A stretch of 64,000 nt of DNA from an uncultured delta proteobacterium (lineage in GTDB: Bacteria > Desulfobacterota > Syntrophia > Syntrophales > Smithellaceae). Below, piece by piece: positions 10,132 to 18,261 of the stretch. Position 1 is the stretch's first letter; every line of letters starts with the position of its first letter. The notes beneath the pieces were generated by a model. The model saw only the letters and a program-made list of their open reading frames with translations, was not told where the DNA came from and did no database searches. The stretch lies in assembly GCA_963710575.1 (NCBI GenBank), contig CAVQAL010000003.1, positions 149,372 to 213,371 on the forward strand, written 5' to 3'. The translations under genes and the position numbers were made by a program.

Positions 10132-10195
10132 CTGAGCGAAGCGAATGGGGATTTGACACTCGTTGCAAATGAATCCCGCAAAGCGGAGGAGATAT

Positions 10196-11782
10196 TTATC
10201 TCTGTGACTCCTTCGACGATACGCAGATTTCCAATATCCGATCCACATTAAAGACACGTTTCTGATTGCGCTCCAAGCAATAGGCGCCCAATCCCAAAAA
10301 CGAATGTCCGTTGTATTCCATATCCTCTATCACCACCGGCCGGATCATTCTCCTCGATTTTTCATCTTTTGCTTTGAGGTAAACAATCTCGATAGTTTGC
10401 TTTTCTTTAATCGCCGCGGCAAGCATTTCCAATTTATCTTCGCGGGTGCAGGAAAGCGCGGCTTTGGCATACTGCATACCGGTTAAGAATTTGACCACCT
10501 GCCAATCCATTAAAACATGGTTTTTCTTCAGCGGATGCCTCAACACGATGCCTTCCAGCGTTGTACAGCGGGAAAGAGCCACATACATCTGCCCGTGAGC
10601 GAAGGTGCCGCGCCCCACATCAATGACAACCTTTTCAAAAGTTTTCCCCTGGCTTTTATGAATGGTCACGGCAAAGGCCAGCCGCACCGGATACTGGCGG
10701 AAAGACCCGACCTCTTCCGAGCGCAGCTCCTCATTTTTGAGAAAGAACTTGTAGATTTTCCAAGTGTAGAGAGAGATTTCCACCGTTTCGCCATTATCCA
10801 GTTCGGCTACGATTACATCTTCTCCTTCCTCGTCCTTTTCAAATTTTTTTACCTTACCGATTGTTCCGTTAATCCAACGCCCATAGGCATCATTATTTAA
10901 AAGCATGATTTGGGCGCCTTTTTTCAGTTTCAGCTCTTCGGCTGTCGGCATGGATTCTTTGCCGAACTCTCCGTCAACCAGGCCTCGCGCTTTCCATATT
11001 TTGCCGGACAATTGGGCAAGCCGGTTGTAATTGATCATATCGGACATATCGTTGGTGCTGGTCAGCGATATATAAAATTCATCGGCGGACACTTCAAAAG
11101 ACGGATTGCAGCTCTTATTGAACAACGCGATATCATCATCCGTGATAGAGTTATTGCGAATAGCATTGAGCAGGCGGACAAATTCGTCATCCTTCTGCCG
11201 GTAAACTTTTTCCAGCTCGACAAATTCCATATCCAGATGTTCCATGACTTTGGCGCTGAAAAAATAAGGACTGGTATAATGCGACCGGAATATTTCACGC
11301 TCCGCGCCGGAGACAACCGGCGGCAACTGATAGAGATCACCGATGAAAATCATCTGCACGCCGCCGAAGGGACGTTTGGAATTGGGGCCGTTCAGACGCA
11401 GAAATTTATCCACGCAATCCAGCAGATCAGCCCGCACCATGGAAACTTCATCAATGACGATGGTTGTCAACTTTTTATAGATAGATGTTTTTTCTTTGCC
11501 GCTCGCCTTTTTTTTCTTGATGGCGGCAAGCGTTACATTGGGTTTGAAATGGAAAAAGGAATGAATGGTCTGTCCGCCTACATTAACAGCGGCAACACCT
11601 GTCGGCGCCAGAATAACAACGTTTTTCCCCGTGTTGTCATGAAAATAATTCAGCAGGGTTGATTTGCCGGTTCCTGCCCGCCCCGTGATGAAGATATTTT
11701 TGTCCGTCTCTTCCATCATATCCAGCGCATGCTGAAACTCAGGATTGAAATCTATTTCGACCGGTTTTGATTTTTTTGTCAT
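10196..11782 (-). CDS. Pif1/RecD-like SF1B DNA helicase with C-terminal WYL-like domain
   Basis: Walker A is present (ITGRAGTGKSTLL), with ..VVILAPTGVAAVNVGG.., ..IVIDEVSMV.. and ..FAVTIHKSQGKTF... The C-terminal roughly 90 aa (..IEIVYLKAKDEKSRRMIRPVVIED..GLGAYCLERNQKRVFNVDRILEI) has the WYL-domain pattern. Confidence 0.85.
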   Translation of the reverse strand: MTKKSKPVEIDFNPEFQHALDMMEETDKNIFITGRAGTGKSTLLNYFHDNTGKNVVILAPTGVAAVNVGGQTIHSFFHFKPNVTLAAIKKKKASGKEKTSIYKKLTTIVIDEVSMVRADLLDCVDKFLRLNGPNSKRPFGGVQMIFIGDLYQLPPVVSGAEREIFRSHYTSPYFFSAKVMEHLDMEFVELEKVYRQKDDEFVRLLNAIRNNSITDDDIALFNKSCNPSFEVSADEFYISLTSTNDMSDMINYNRLAQLSGKIWKARGLVDGEFGKESMPTAEELKLKKGAQIMLLNNDAYGRWINGTIGKVKKFEKDEEGEDVIVAELDNGETVEISLYTWKIYKFFLKNEELRSEEVGSFRQYPVRLAFAVTIHKSQGKTFEKVVIDVGRGTFAHGQMYVALSRCTTLEGIVLRHPLKKNHVLMDWQVVKFLTGMQYAKAALSCTREDKLEMLAAAIKEKQTIEIVYLKAKDEKSRRMIRPVVIEDMEYNGHSFLGLGAYCLERNQKRVFNVDRILEICVSSKESQR

Positions 11783-11972
11783 TGTTTTTCCCGCAATTTA
11801 TTGTGTCCGACAGTAAACACTTTTTACGCAAGACTTCAATAATAATTCTTTGATTTTAAATAAATATTCGTGTAGAAATATACCATTCCAAGAACAAATT
11901 TTGTTTCAAACCGGTATATAACTGGTTACGTATATTAATTGTTATGCAAAAGATACTATGGGAGAGAATATA

Positions 11973-12227
11973 ATGCCTCCGAAATCTCGCAAAATTCCGC
12001 ACTATCTCCGGTGTTTCCACTGCGGGCGCGATAGAGAGATATCAAAGTATGAAGGGAGCGCACCGCGTGATTGTGATCCTTCGCTTTACCGGCACACACA
12101 AGACGCATCAATGCCTTTTCATAGCATTGCCTGCACTTGCGGCCACTATACAAGCTATGGATACGACGTTTTTGAGGATCAAGGTTGGGGATTAAATCAA
12201 TCGAAAGACAAGACCAAAAAGGCATAA
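11973..12227 (+). CDS. hypothetical Cys/His-rich small protein (cassette 1 ORF)
   Basis: A GGGAGAG Shine-Dalgarno lies 6 nt before the ATG at 11973. The protein has CFHC...C..CTCGH cysteines. The stop codon lies inside the attC R'' box GCATAAC. I recognise no family. Confidence 0.5.
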   Translation: MPPKSRKIPHYLRCFHCGRDREISKYEGSAPRDCDPSLYRHTQDASMPFHSIACTCGHYTSYGYDVFEDQGWGLNQSKDKTKKA

Positions 12228-12278
12228 CCCGTCAATCCAGCCGACTCGTTACACTCACGGCTGATTTTATCGTTGGCC
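12222..12278 (+). repeat. integron attC-like recombination site (attC-1)
   Basis: GCATAAC-ccgtca-atCCAGCCG...CGGCTGatt-ttatc-GTTGGCC. This gives R'' (RYYYAAC-like), L''/L' stem and R' (GTTRRRY-like) in canonical order with 6/5-nt spacers. Confidence 0.7.
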
Positions 12279-12301
12279 TCAAAATACAATCAAGAATTAT
12301 G

Positions 12302-12330
12302 TTGCCATAATGCACACATTGTGATACGAT
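12302..12330 (+). promoter_or_regulatory. sigma70-type promoter for the brnTA cassette
   Basis: TTGCCA, a 17-nt spacer, then TACGAT with an upstream TG (extended -10), ending 10 nt before the brnT ATG (12340). Confidence 0.45.
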
Positions 12331-12339
12331 ACTTACTAT

Positions 12340-12624
12340 ATGAAAAGTATAAACTGGAACACAGAGAAGAGTTTAGCACTTAAGACATTGCGGGGCATCT
12401 GTTTTGAAGATATGGTATTTTACATCGAAAGGGGTGACATTTTAGATGACTATTTGCATCCCAACCAGCGCGACTACTCCGGACAGAGAATTATGGTCAT
12501 TGGAACTGAAAATTACGCATATCTTGTGCCTTACGTCGAAAATGATGAAGAATTATTTCTAAAAACAATCATTCCAAGCAGGAAGGCAACACAAAGATAT
12601 CTTGGAGAAAAAAATGAAGACTAA
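12340..12624 (+). CDS. brnT: BrnT-like type II toxin
   Basis: 94 aa. The N-terminus ..W..EK...L...RGI.FED.. and the C-terminus ..LKTIIPSRKATQRY follow the BrnT pattern. It overlaps its antitoxin partner. Confidence 0.7.
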   Translation: MKSINWNTEKSLALKTLRGICFEDMVFYIERGDILDDYLHPNQRDYSGQRIMVIGTENYAYLVPYVENDEELFLKTIIPSRKATQRYLGEKNED

Positions 12625-12892
12625 ATTAACGAAAGAAGAAAAAGAAATTCTCGATAGCTTCGAAAAAGATGAGTGGGTTCCTGTTACAAACCTTGCAAAA
12701 AGAAAAAAAGAGTTGATTGCTTATGCCCGCAACACTTTGCGAAAAGACAAGAGACTGAACATACGTATTTCTGAGAGAGACCTTCTTGAACTTCAGAGAA
12801 AGGCGGTTGTTGAAGGCCTGCCCTATCAGACTTATGTATCCAGCATTATCCACAAATTCATTAATGGCGTTTTAGTAGAAGCGCGAAAATAA
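12614..12892 (+). CDS. brnA: BrnA-like antitoxin (CopG/RHH C-terminus)
   Basis: MKTKLTKEEKEILDSFEKDEWVPV...KDKRLNIRISERDLLELQRKAVVEGLPYQTYVSSIIHKF is the typical BrnA layout. A GGAG Shine-Dalgarno precedes the ATG at 12614. Confidence 0.7.
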   Translation: MKTKLTKEEKEILDSFEKDEWVPVTNLAKRKKELIAYARNTLRKDKRLNIRISERDLLELQRKAVVEGLPYQTYVSSIIHKFINGVLVEARK

Positions 12893-12895
12893 AAA

Positions 12896-12989
12896 GGCCA
12901 ACAAAATCAATACAGCTCATGTCACGGTCTGCATGTGACGCTTCGCGTCCCGGCAGGCCTTGTGCCACTGCTGAGCTCCGCTGTTCGGC
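12896..12989 (+). repeat. integron attC-like site (attC-2, long form)
   Basis: GGCCAAC-aaaatc-...AGCTCA...TGAGCT-ccgct-GTTCGGC. The R'' box is the exact reverse complement of the R' box at 12272-12278. Confidence 0.6.
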
Positions 12990-13020
12990 ATAATAACAAA
13001 CCAAACAAAAAAGGAGGAAC

Positions 13021-13395
13021 ATGATGATCCCGGAGAAACTGAAGGAAATCATGAAAAAGGACGGAGTTGTTGCGATCGCCACCCTGGGACCTGATGGCCC
13101 CCATTTGGTCAATACCTGGAATAGTTACCTAAGGATATCAGAAGATGAACGGCTTTTTATCCCCGCAGGTTACATGCACAAGACGGAGGCCAACATTGCC
13201 CATAATCCGAATGTGTTGATTACATTGGGGAGCAGTAAGGTCGAGGGCCTGCATGGGCCGGGTGCCGGTTTCTTGATCAAGGGAACGGCAAGGTTCGTGA
13301 CGTCCGGGCCTGATTTTGATTTTATGAAGGAAAGGTTCAGCTGGCTACGTGCCACCTTGGCCGTTACAATTGAATCTGCCACTCAAACTTGGTGA
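13021..13395 (+). CDS. pyridoxamine 5'-phosphate oxidase-family (split-barrel flavin-binding) protein, cassette 3
   Basis: 124 aa with an AAGGAGG Shine-Dalgarno. The ..DGVVAIATLGPDGPHLVNTW.. pattern is typical of PNPOx-like small proteins. Confidence 0.7.
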   Translation: MMIPEKLKEIMKKDGVVAIATLGPDGPHLVNTWNSYLRISEDERLFIPAGYMHKTEANIAHNPNVLITLGSSKVEGLHGPGAGFLIKGTARFVTSGPDFDFMKERFSWLRATLAVTIESATQTW

Positions 13396-13452
13396 AGCGC
13401 AATTGCATGATTTCTGCAATCCCTGTAACACGTGTAGATCACGACAGGAATT

Positions 13453-13517
13453 GCCGAACCCGTCGCTACAGCCGATTGCGGCCCCTTGGGCCGCTCCGGC
13501 TGATTTTTTCGTTCGCT
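13453..13517 (+). repeat. integron attC-like site (attC-3)
   Basis: GCCGAAC-ccgtcg-ctaCAGCCG...CGGCTGatt-ttttc-GTTCGCT. The box spacing matches attC-1. The R'' box is the exact reverse complement of the R' box at 12983-12989. Confidence 0.7.
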
Positions 13518-13526
13518 ATAATATAA

Positions 13527-13556
13527 TTGACAAAACCATATCGATCGTGATATCGT
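13527..13556 (+). promoter_or_regulatory. sigma70-type promoter for the vapBC cassette
   Basis: TTGACA, an 18-nt spacer, then TATCGT with an upstream TG. Confidence 0.4.
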
Positions 13557-13586
13557 AGCACAAAATAGATCGATGGAGGTATTGGT

Positions 13587-13793
13587 ATGAAATCAGTAAC
13601 CATATCACCAAAATATCAAGTCGTTATACCTAAAACCGTCAGGGAGGCATTGAAGCTTCATCCAGGACAAAAAATGCAAATCGTTGAATATGCCGGTCGT
13701 ATTGAGCTTATACCGGAACGTGATATAAAAGAACTCCGTGGATTTCTCAAGGGTATCAATACGGAATTCAAACGAAAGGAAGATCGGATATGA
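13587..13793 (+). CDS. vapB: AbrB/MazE/SpoVT-family antitoxin (VapB-like)
   Basis: The N-terminus MKSVTISPKYQVVIPKTVREALKLHPGQ is a swapped-hairpin type. It has a 4-nt ATGA overlap with the PIN gene. Confidence 0.8.
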   Translation: MKSVTISPKYQVVIPKTVREALKLHPGQKMQIVEYAGRIELIPERDIKELRGFLKGINTEFKRKEDRI

Positions 13794-14164
13794 ATATTGT
13801 AGATTCTTCCGGCTGGCTTGCCTACTTTGCCGATGAGCCTAATGCCAAACATTTTCTGCCCCCCCTGAGTAATTCGGACTTACTTATTATTCCCGTAGTA
13901 ACGATATACGAAGTTTTCAAGGTCATTTTACGGGAGTCCAGTGAGAATGAAGCATTGCAGGCTCTTGTTGCCATGCAAAAGGGAAAAGTTGTGGATCTAA
14001 GCACACCACTGGCAATAGCGGCTTCAAGACTTAGTCTTGAGCATCAACTTCCAATGGCGGACAGTATCATTCTCGCAACAGCACAAGAATTCAAGGCCAT
14101 TATATGGACTCAGGATTCCGATTTTAAAAATATTAACAAGGTGAAGTACTTTCCAAAAAAATAA
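13790..14164 (+). CDS. vapC: PIN-domain toxin (VapC-like)
   Basis: The N-terminal MNIVDSSGW carries the first acidic residue. The later ..DSIILATAQ.. and ..TQDSDF.. match PIN motifs. Confidence 0.8.
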   Translation: MNIVDSSGWLAYFADEPNAKHFLPPLSNSDLLIIPVVTIYEVFKVILRESSENEALQALVAMQKGKVVDLSTPLAIAASRLSLEHQLPMADSIILATAQEFKAIIWTQDSDFKNINKVKYFPKK

Positions 14165-14165
14165 A

Positions 14166-14212
14166 GTCCAACAAAATCACTCCAGCCGCTCCGGCTGATG
14201 CTTCAGTTTGCA
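14166..14212 (+). repeat. integron attC-like site (attC-4, short)
   Basis: GTCCAAC-aaaatc-actCCAGCCG-ctc-CGGCTGatg-cttca-GTTTGCA. The R'' box fits RYYYAAC exactly. The 6-nt spacer is identical to that of attC-2. Confidence 0.6.
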
Positions 14213-14239
14213 CAATACGATTTCAAGGAAAGAATCGAC

Positions 14240-14692
14240 ATGATTTTAGACGTACTTGAGAATGCACACCGCTATCTGGCCTTGCACAAGAGGTTTGCAA
14301 AGGCATTTGATTTTCTCTTACGCCCGGATCTGAAGGAACTGCCCGTGGGGAAATATGAGATAGACGGTAAGAGCGTCTATGCGATGGTGTCTAAGGCTGC
14401 CGGCCGCAGGAAAGGGGATGCCCTGCTCGAAACGCATGAGAAATACATCGACATACAGCTGGTTCTGTCAGGAACCGATGATATGGGCTGGAAGCCCAGG
14501 TCATTATGTAAACATTCATTCGGGGAATACGATCAAAAAACTGATGAGCAGATTTTTACGGACGAACCGGATGCCTGGATTTCAACTCAAAGCGGAGCGT
14601 TTGTAATCTTCTTCCCTGAAGATGCGCACATGCCGCTGATCTCGTCAAGCCAGATCCACAAAGTCATTGTAAAGGTCGCCGTAAACTCATAA
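14240..14692 (+). CDS. YhcH/YjgK/YiaL (DUF386) family protein, cassette 5
   Basis: MILDVLENAHRY...GKYEIDG..VYAMV......ETHEKYIDIQ...G.E...........VIFFPEDAHMP is the family pattern. I prefer the internal ATG at 14240. Confidence 0.7.
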   Translation: MILDVLENAHRYLALHKRFAKAFDFLLRPDLKELPVGKYEIDGKSVYAMVSKAAGRRKGDALLETHEKYIDIQLVLSGTDDMGWKPRSLCKHSFGEYDQKTDEQIFTDEPDAWISTQSGAFVIFFPEDAHMPLISSSQIHKVIVKVAVNS

Positions 14693-14918
14693 AAGATAAA
14701 GATACCTTGCACTGGATCGGCGGGAAACTACCTCGACTCCTCATGAGTTAAAGCATCAAGAACATCCTAATCTTTTCATAGTCTCTTTCAACAACTTATA
14801 CCGCTTTGATTTCAAAGGCTAATGCGACGGCAAGGAGAAGGCTCCGCAGGCGTATTATTAATACGTTGAGGAAGCTGACGACGCAGCCAACAAAGTTAGC
14901 CGAAGAAGCGAAGTGGTA

Positions 14919-15680
14919 TCAGTCAGTTTCTTCCGGTTTCTTTCCAACATACAAGCAGGTAATGCCAAACGTGAGAGGATATATTTCAACTTCAGCCATG
15001 CCGGTATCCTGCATGATTTTGGCGAATGCATCCGGTGACGGAAAGTTCATAATGGAATCGGCAAGGTAATAATACGCGGCGGCGTTTTTGGAAAACAACT
15101 TGGCCATCAGAGGAAGCAGGTAATTCAAATAAATATAATAAAATAATTTGAAAAACCGGTTCTCAATAAAAGTCATTTCCAATATTATTATCTGTCCGCC
15201 CGGCACGGTAACGCGCAGCATTTCCCTGAGCGCTTTCGTTCTATCGGGAATATTTCTAATCCCGAAAGCCATTCCGGTAACGTCAAAAGTATTGTCGTGA
15301 AAGGGAAGTCTCAAGGCATTGCCTTGCATGAAATTCAACTGGCCGGAGAGGCCTCTTTTCTTCACCTTGTCCTTTCCCATTTTAACCATGGGGAAAACAA
15401 AATCAATGCCGAAGGCTTTTATCTGCCAGTGCTTAAGGCAGGCGTTAATCGATAAATCTCCCGTGCCGCAGGCAACATCCAGAAACATATTGGTTTGGAA
15501 AAAACGCATCTTTTTAATTGCAAACCGGCGCCAGGCAATATCGCGGCGCAAGCTCAGCAGATGGTTTAAAAAATCATACTTGCCGGTAACGGTCGAAAAT
15601 ATTTCTTTTACCATGCCGACGCGCTGGGCATCAGTAATGGTTTTTACCGAAGGATATTTGTTGGCTTTTGATTTTTGCAT
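14919..15680 (-). CDS. ubiE: demethylmenaquinone/ubiquinone C-methyltransferase
   Basis: 253 aa with ..YDFLNHLLSLRRDIAWRR.. and the SAM motif LDVACGTGD. Confidence 0.85.
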   Translation of the reverse strand: MQKSKANKYPSVKTITDAQRVGMVKEIFSTVTGKYDFLNHLLSLRRDIAWRRFAIKKMRFFQTNMFLDVACGTGDLSINACLKHWQIKAFGIDFVFPMVKMGKDKVKKRGLSGQLNFMQGNALRLPFHDNTFDVTGMAFGIRNIPDRTKALREMLRVTVPGGQIIILEMTFIENRFFKLFYYIYLNYLLPLMAKLFSKNAAAYYYLADSIMNFPSPDAFAKIMQDTGMAEVEIYPLTFGITCLYVGKKPEETD

Positions 15681-15722
15681 TGGTGAGGTTTACTTTTACT
15701 CTAATATAAATTCAAAAACGCA

Positions 15723-17009
15723 TTATTTGCTGCGGATAAGGACTGAATTAGCATGAGCATCGAGACCTTCCATCCGGGCAAAGCGGGCTGTTTGGCCGCC
15801 GAGCTTTTTCAAAGCTTCCCGCGAAAAATAAATAACATTCATTCGTTTATAGAAATCATAAACGCCCAACGGAGAAGAAAAACGCGCCGTGCCTTCCGTC
15901 GGCAGAATATGATTCGAGCCGGCCAGATAATCGCCCAATGCCTCCGGCGTAAATGAGCCTACAAAAACAGACCCGGCATTTCTTACTTTATCCAGAATTC
16001 CCGCGGGATTCTCTACCATCAATTCCAAATGTTCGGGCGCGAAGAGATTGGCAAGATCCACCGCTTCATCAACACTTGCCGTAATAATAATCGCGCCGTA
16101 TTTGGCGAGAGAATGTTCCATTATTGTATTTCGCGATAAAGTTTTCAGTTGTTGATCAATTTCCTGAGATACTGCACGGGCTAAACTTTCAGACGGCGTT
16201 AAAAGAACAGCCGCCGCCATTTCATCGTGTTCGGCTTGTGCCAGCATATCCGCCGCCACAAAAGAAACATTTGCCGTGTTATCGGCAATAACAACGACCT
16301 CGCTGGGACCCGCAATCATATCTATATCCACCTGTCCGAAAACGAGTTTCTTGGCTGCGGCAACGTAGGCATTTCCCGGCCCCACTATTTTATCGACCTG
16401 CGGAATCGTTTTTGTGCCGTAAGCCAGCGCCGCTATTGCCTGCGCTCCGCCAATCTTGAATATGCGCTTAACCCCGCTTACTTCGGCCGCAGCCGCAATC
16501 AGCGGATTTAATTTTCCGTCTCTGGCCGGGCTGACTAAAATAATTTCTTCCACTCCGGCAATGCGTGCCGGAATCGCCGCCATAAGCAGGGTCGAAGGAT
16601 AAAAAGCTTTGCCACCGGGAGCATAAATACCTGCACGCCGCAGGGGCAAAACCCGTTGTCCCATTTCTATGCCTTCCTCAGCCGTAGCAGACCATCCCTC
16701 GACAATCTGGTTGAGATGATATTTTTCAATACGCCGTGCCGCCGCTTTAATAACTTCCAGATCTTCCGGCCGGACCAAAGACAACGCGTCTTTTCTTTCC
16801 GCCGGTGTTACCTCTACTGTCGCCGCAGTTAATTCATACCGGTCGAATTTTGCCGTATATTGAAACAGAGCTTCATCACCTTTGTCAGCAACATCACGCA
16901 CAATTTCCGCCACGTCTGATAAAAGCTTCGGAGTATGAGCGGCGCCTCTTTGGCGCAATTCGCGGAAAAAATCTTTAAACTCGGCAGCATCGGCTTTAAT
17001 TATTTTCAT
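15723..17009 (-). CDS. hisD: histidinol dehydrogenase
   Basis: 428 aa with ..IDMIAGPSEV.. and ..QAEHD.. motifs. Confidence 0.95.
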   Translation of the reverse strand: MKIIKADAAEFKDFFRELRQRGAAHTPKLLSDVAEIVRDVADKGDEALFQYTAKFDRYELTAATVEVTPAERKDALSLVRPEDLEVIKAAARRIEKYHLNQIVEGWSATAEEGIEMGQRVLPLRRAGIYAPGGKAFYPSTLLMAAIPARIAGVEEIILVSPARDGKLNPLIAAAAEVSGVKRIFKIGGAQAIAALAYGTKTIPQVDKIVGPGNAYVAAAKKLVFGQVDIDMIAGPSEVVVIADNTANVSFVAADMLAQAEHDEMAAAVLLTPSESLARAVSQEIDQQLKTLSRNTIMEHSLAKYGAIIITASVDEAVDLANLFAPEHLELMVENPAGILDKVRNAGSVFVGSFTPEALGDYLAGSNHILPTEGTARFSSPLGVYDFYKRMNVIYFSREALKKLGGQTARFARMEGLDAHANSVLIRSK

Positions 17010-17010
17010 A

Positions 17011-18261
17011 TTACTGTGTCATCCTTTTTATATCCGCGCCCAGTGCGGAAAATTTCTTCTCTATTGCCTGATAACCGCGGTCAATATGATAAACGCGGGA
17101 AATTTCCGTCGTTCCCTCAGCTGCCAGCGCCGCTAAAATCAGCGAAGCCGAAGCCCGCAAATCCGTAGCCATCGTCTGCGCGCCGCGCAGCATCGGCACT
17201 CCCCGGACAATCGCATTGTTGCCCTGGATAACAATGTCGGCTCCCATCCGCAGCAATTCACTGACATGCATAAAACGGTTTTCAAAAACAGTTTCGGAAA
17301 TCACGCTCAAACCGCTGCCGATGGACATGTAAGCCATCATCTGCGCCTGCAAATCGGTGGGGAATCCCGGATAAGGAAGAGTTTTAATATCAACGCTGTT
17401 AATCTTTTGCCCGGAAGACACTTTCAGCCCGCCTTTAATCGGCGAAATTTTCATGCCTGTATCCCGCAGTTTGTTAATCAACGCTTCCAGATGGTGGGGA
17501 TTGCAGCCGATTATGTTTATCTCGCCATGCGTCATACCGGCGGCTATCATAAAAGTTCCCGCTTCGATCCGGTCCGGAATTATTTCAGCTTCCGTGGGCT
17601 TTAGTGAAGTGACTCCTTCGATTATTATTGTATCGGTGCCTGCTCCGCCGATTTTCGCTCCCATGCTTTTTAGTACATTCGCCAGATTGACAACCTCCGG
17701 TTCGCGCGCGGCATTGTTGAGAACTGTAGTGCCTTCCGCCAGCGTTGCCGCCATCATGACATTTTCCGTTCCGGTTACAGTCTGTATATCAAAATAAATC
17801 TCCTCCCCTTTTAATCTTTTCGCTTTCGCCTCAATATATCCATTGTTTAATTCAACGTGCGCCCCCATATCCTGCAAGGCTTTGATGTGCAGATTAACCG
17901 GCCTTGCGCCGATAGCGCAGCCGCCGGGAAGAGAAACGCGCGCGACGCCCATGCGGGCGACAAGCGGACCCAACACCAGCACCGATGCGCGCATGGTTTT
18001 GACCAATTCATAAGGCGCGTCACAACTGGTGATCTTTTCTGCGCTTACCTTGCAGGTTTCATTTCCATCAATTTGCACACCCATATTTTTTAGAAGTTTT
18101 TTGATCGTTTTGATATCCACCAGATCGGGGATATTATGAAAAGTGTTTTCTCCTTCTGTAAGAAGCGCCGAAACCAAAATAGGCAGCGCGGCGTTTTTCG
18201 CCCCGCTGATTTGAACTTCTCCGCATAAAGGTTTTCCGCCTTGAATAACTATTTTATCCAC
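17011..18261 (-). CDS. murA: UDP-N-acetylglucosamine 1-carboxyvinyltransferase
   Basis: 416 aa. The start [29 protein letters not shown].. is canonical for MurA. Confidence 0.97.
   Translation of the reverse strand: MDKIVIQGGKPLCGEVQISGAKNAALPILVSALLTEGENTFHNIPDLVDIKTIKKLLKNMGVQIDGNETCKVSAEKITSCDAPYELVKTMRASVLVLGPLVARMGVARVSLPGGCAIGARPVNLHIKALQDMGAHVELNNGYIEAKAKRLKGEEIYFDIQTVTGTENVMMAATLAEGTTVLNNAAREPEVVNLANVLKSMGAKIGGAGTDTIIIEGVTSLKPTEAEIIPDRIEAGTFMIAAGMTHGEINIIGCNPHHLEALINKLRDTGMKISPIKGGLKVSSGQKINSVDIKTLPYPGFPTDLQAQMMAYMSIGSGLSVISETVFENRFMHVSELLRMGADIVIQGNNAIVRGVPMLRGAQTMATDLRASASLILAALAAEGTTEISRVYHIDRGYQAIEKKFSALGADIKRMTQ

Noticed and set aside
8375-11662. Long antisense ORFs lie inside nusA (8375-9004), inside the helicase (10517-10900 and 10910-11662), and similarly inside rho, msbA, lpxB, bamA and the glt genes.
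   Set aside because: Each lies wholly within a strongly supported gene on the other strand. None has a recognisable motif or Shine-Dalgarno. They are typical shadow ORFs.
11956-12225. An 89-aa minus-strand ORF mirrors the cassette-1 ORF.
   Set aside because: The plus-strand reading has a Shine-Dalgarno, matches the orientation of all other cassettes, and terminates inside the attC R'' box. The minus-strand reading has none of these features.
14817-14901. A candidate attC-5 (GGCTAAT...GTTAGCC) follows the YhcH-family cassette.
   Set aside because: It is not called as a feature. The interior forms several small independent hairpins rather than one R/L-box bulged stem. Its R'' box does not match the upstream R' box (GTTTGCA). 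It is kept only as a weak note in a finding.
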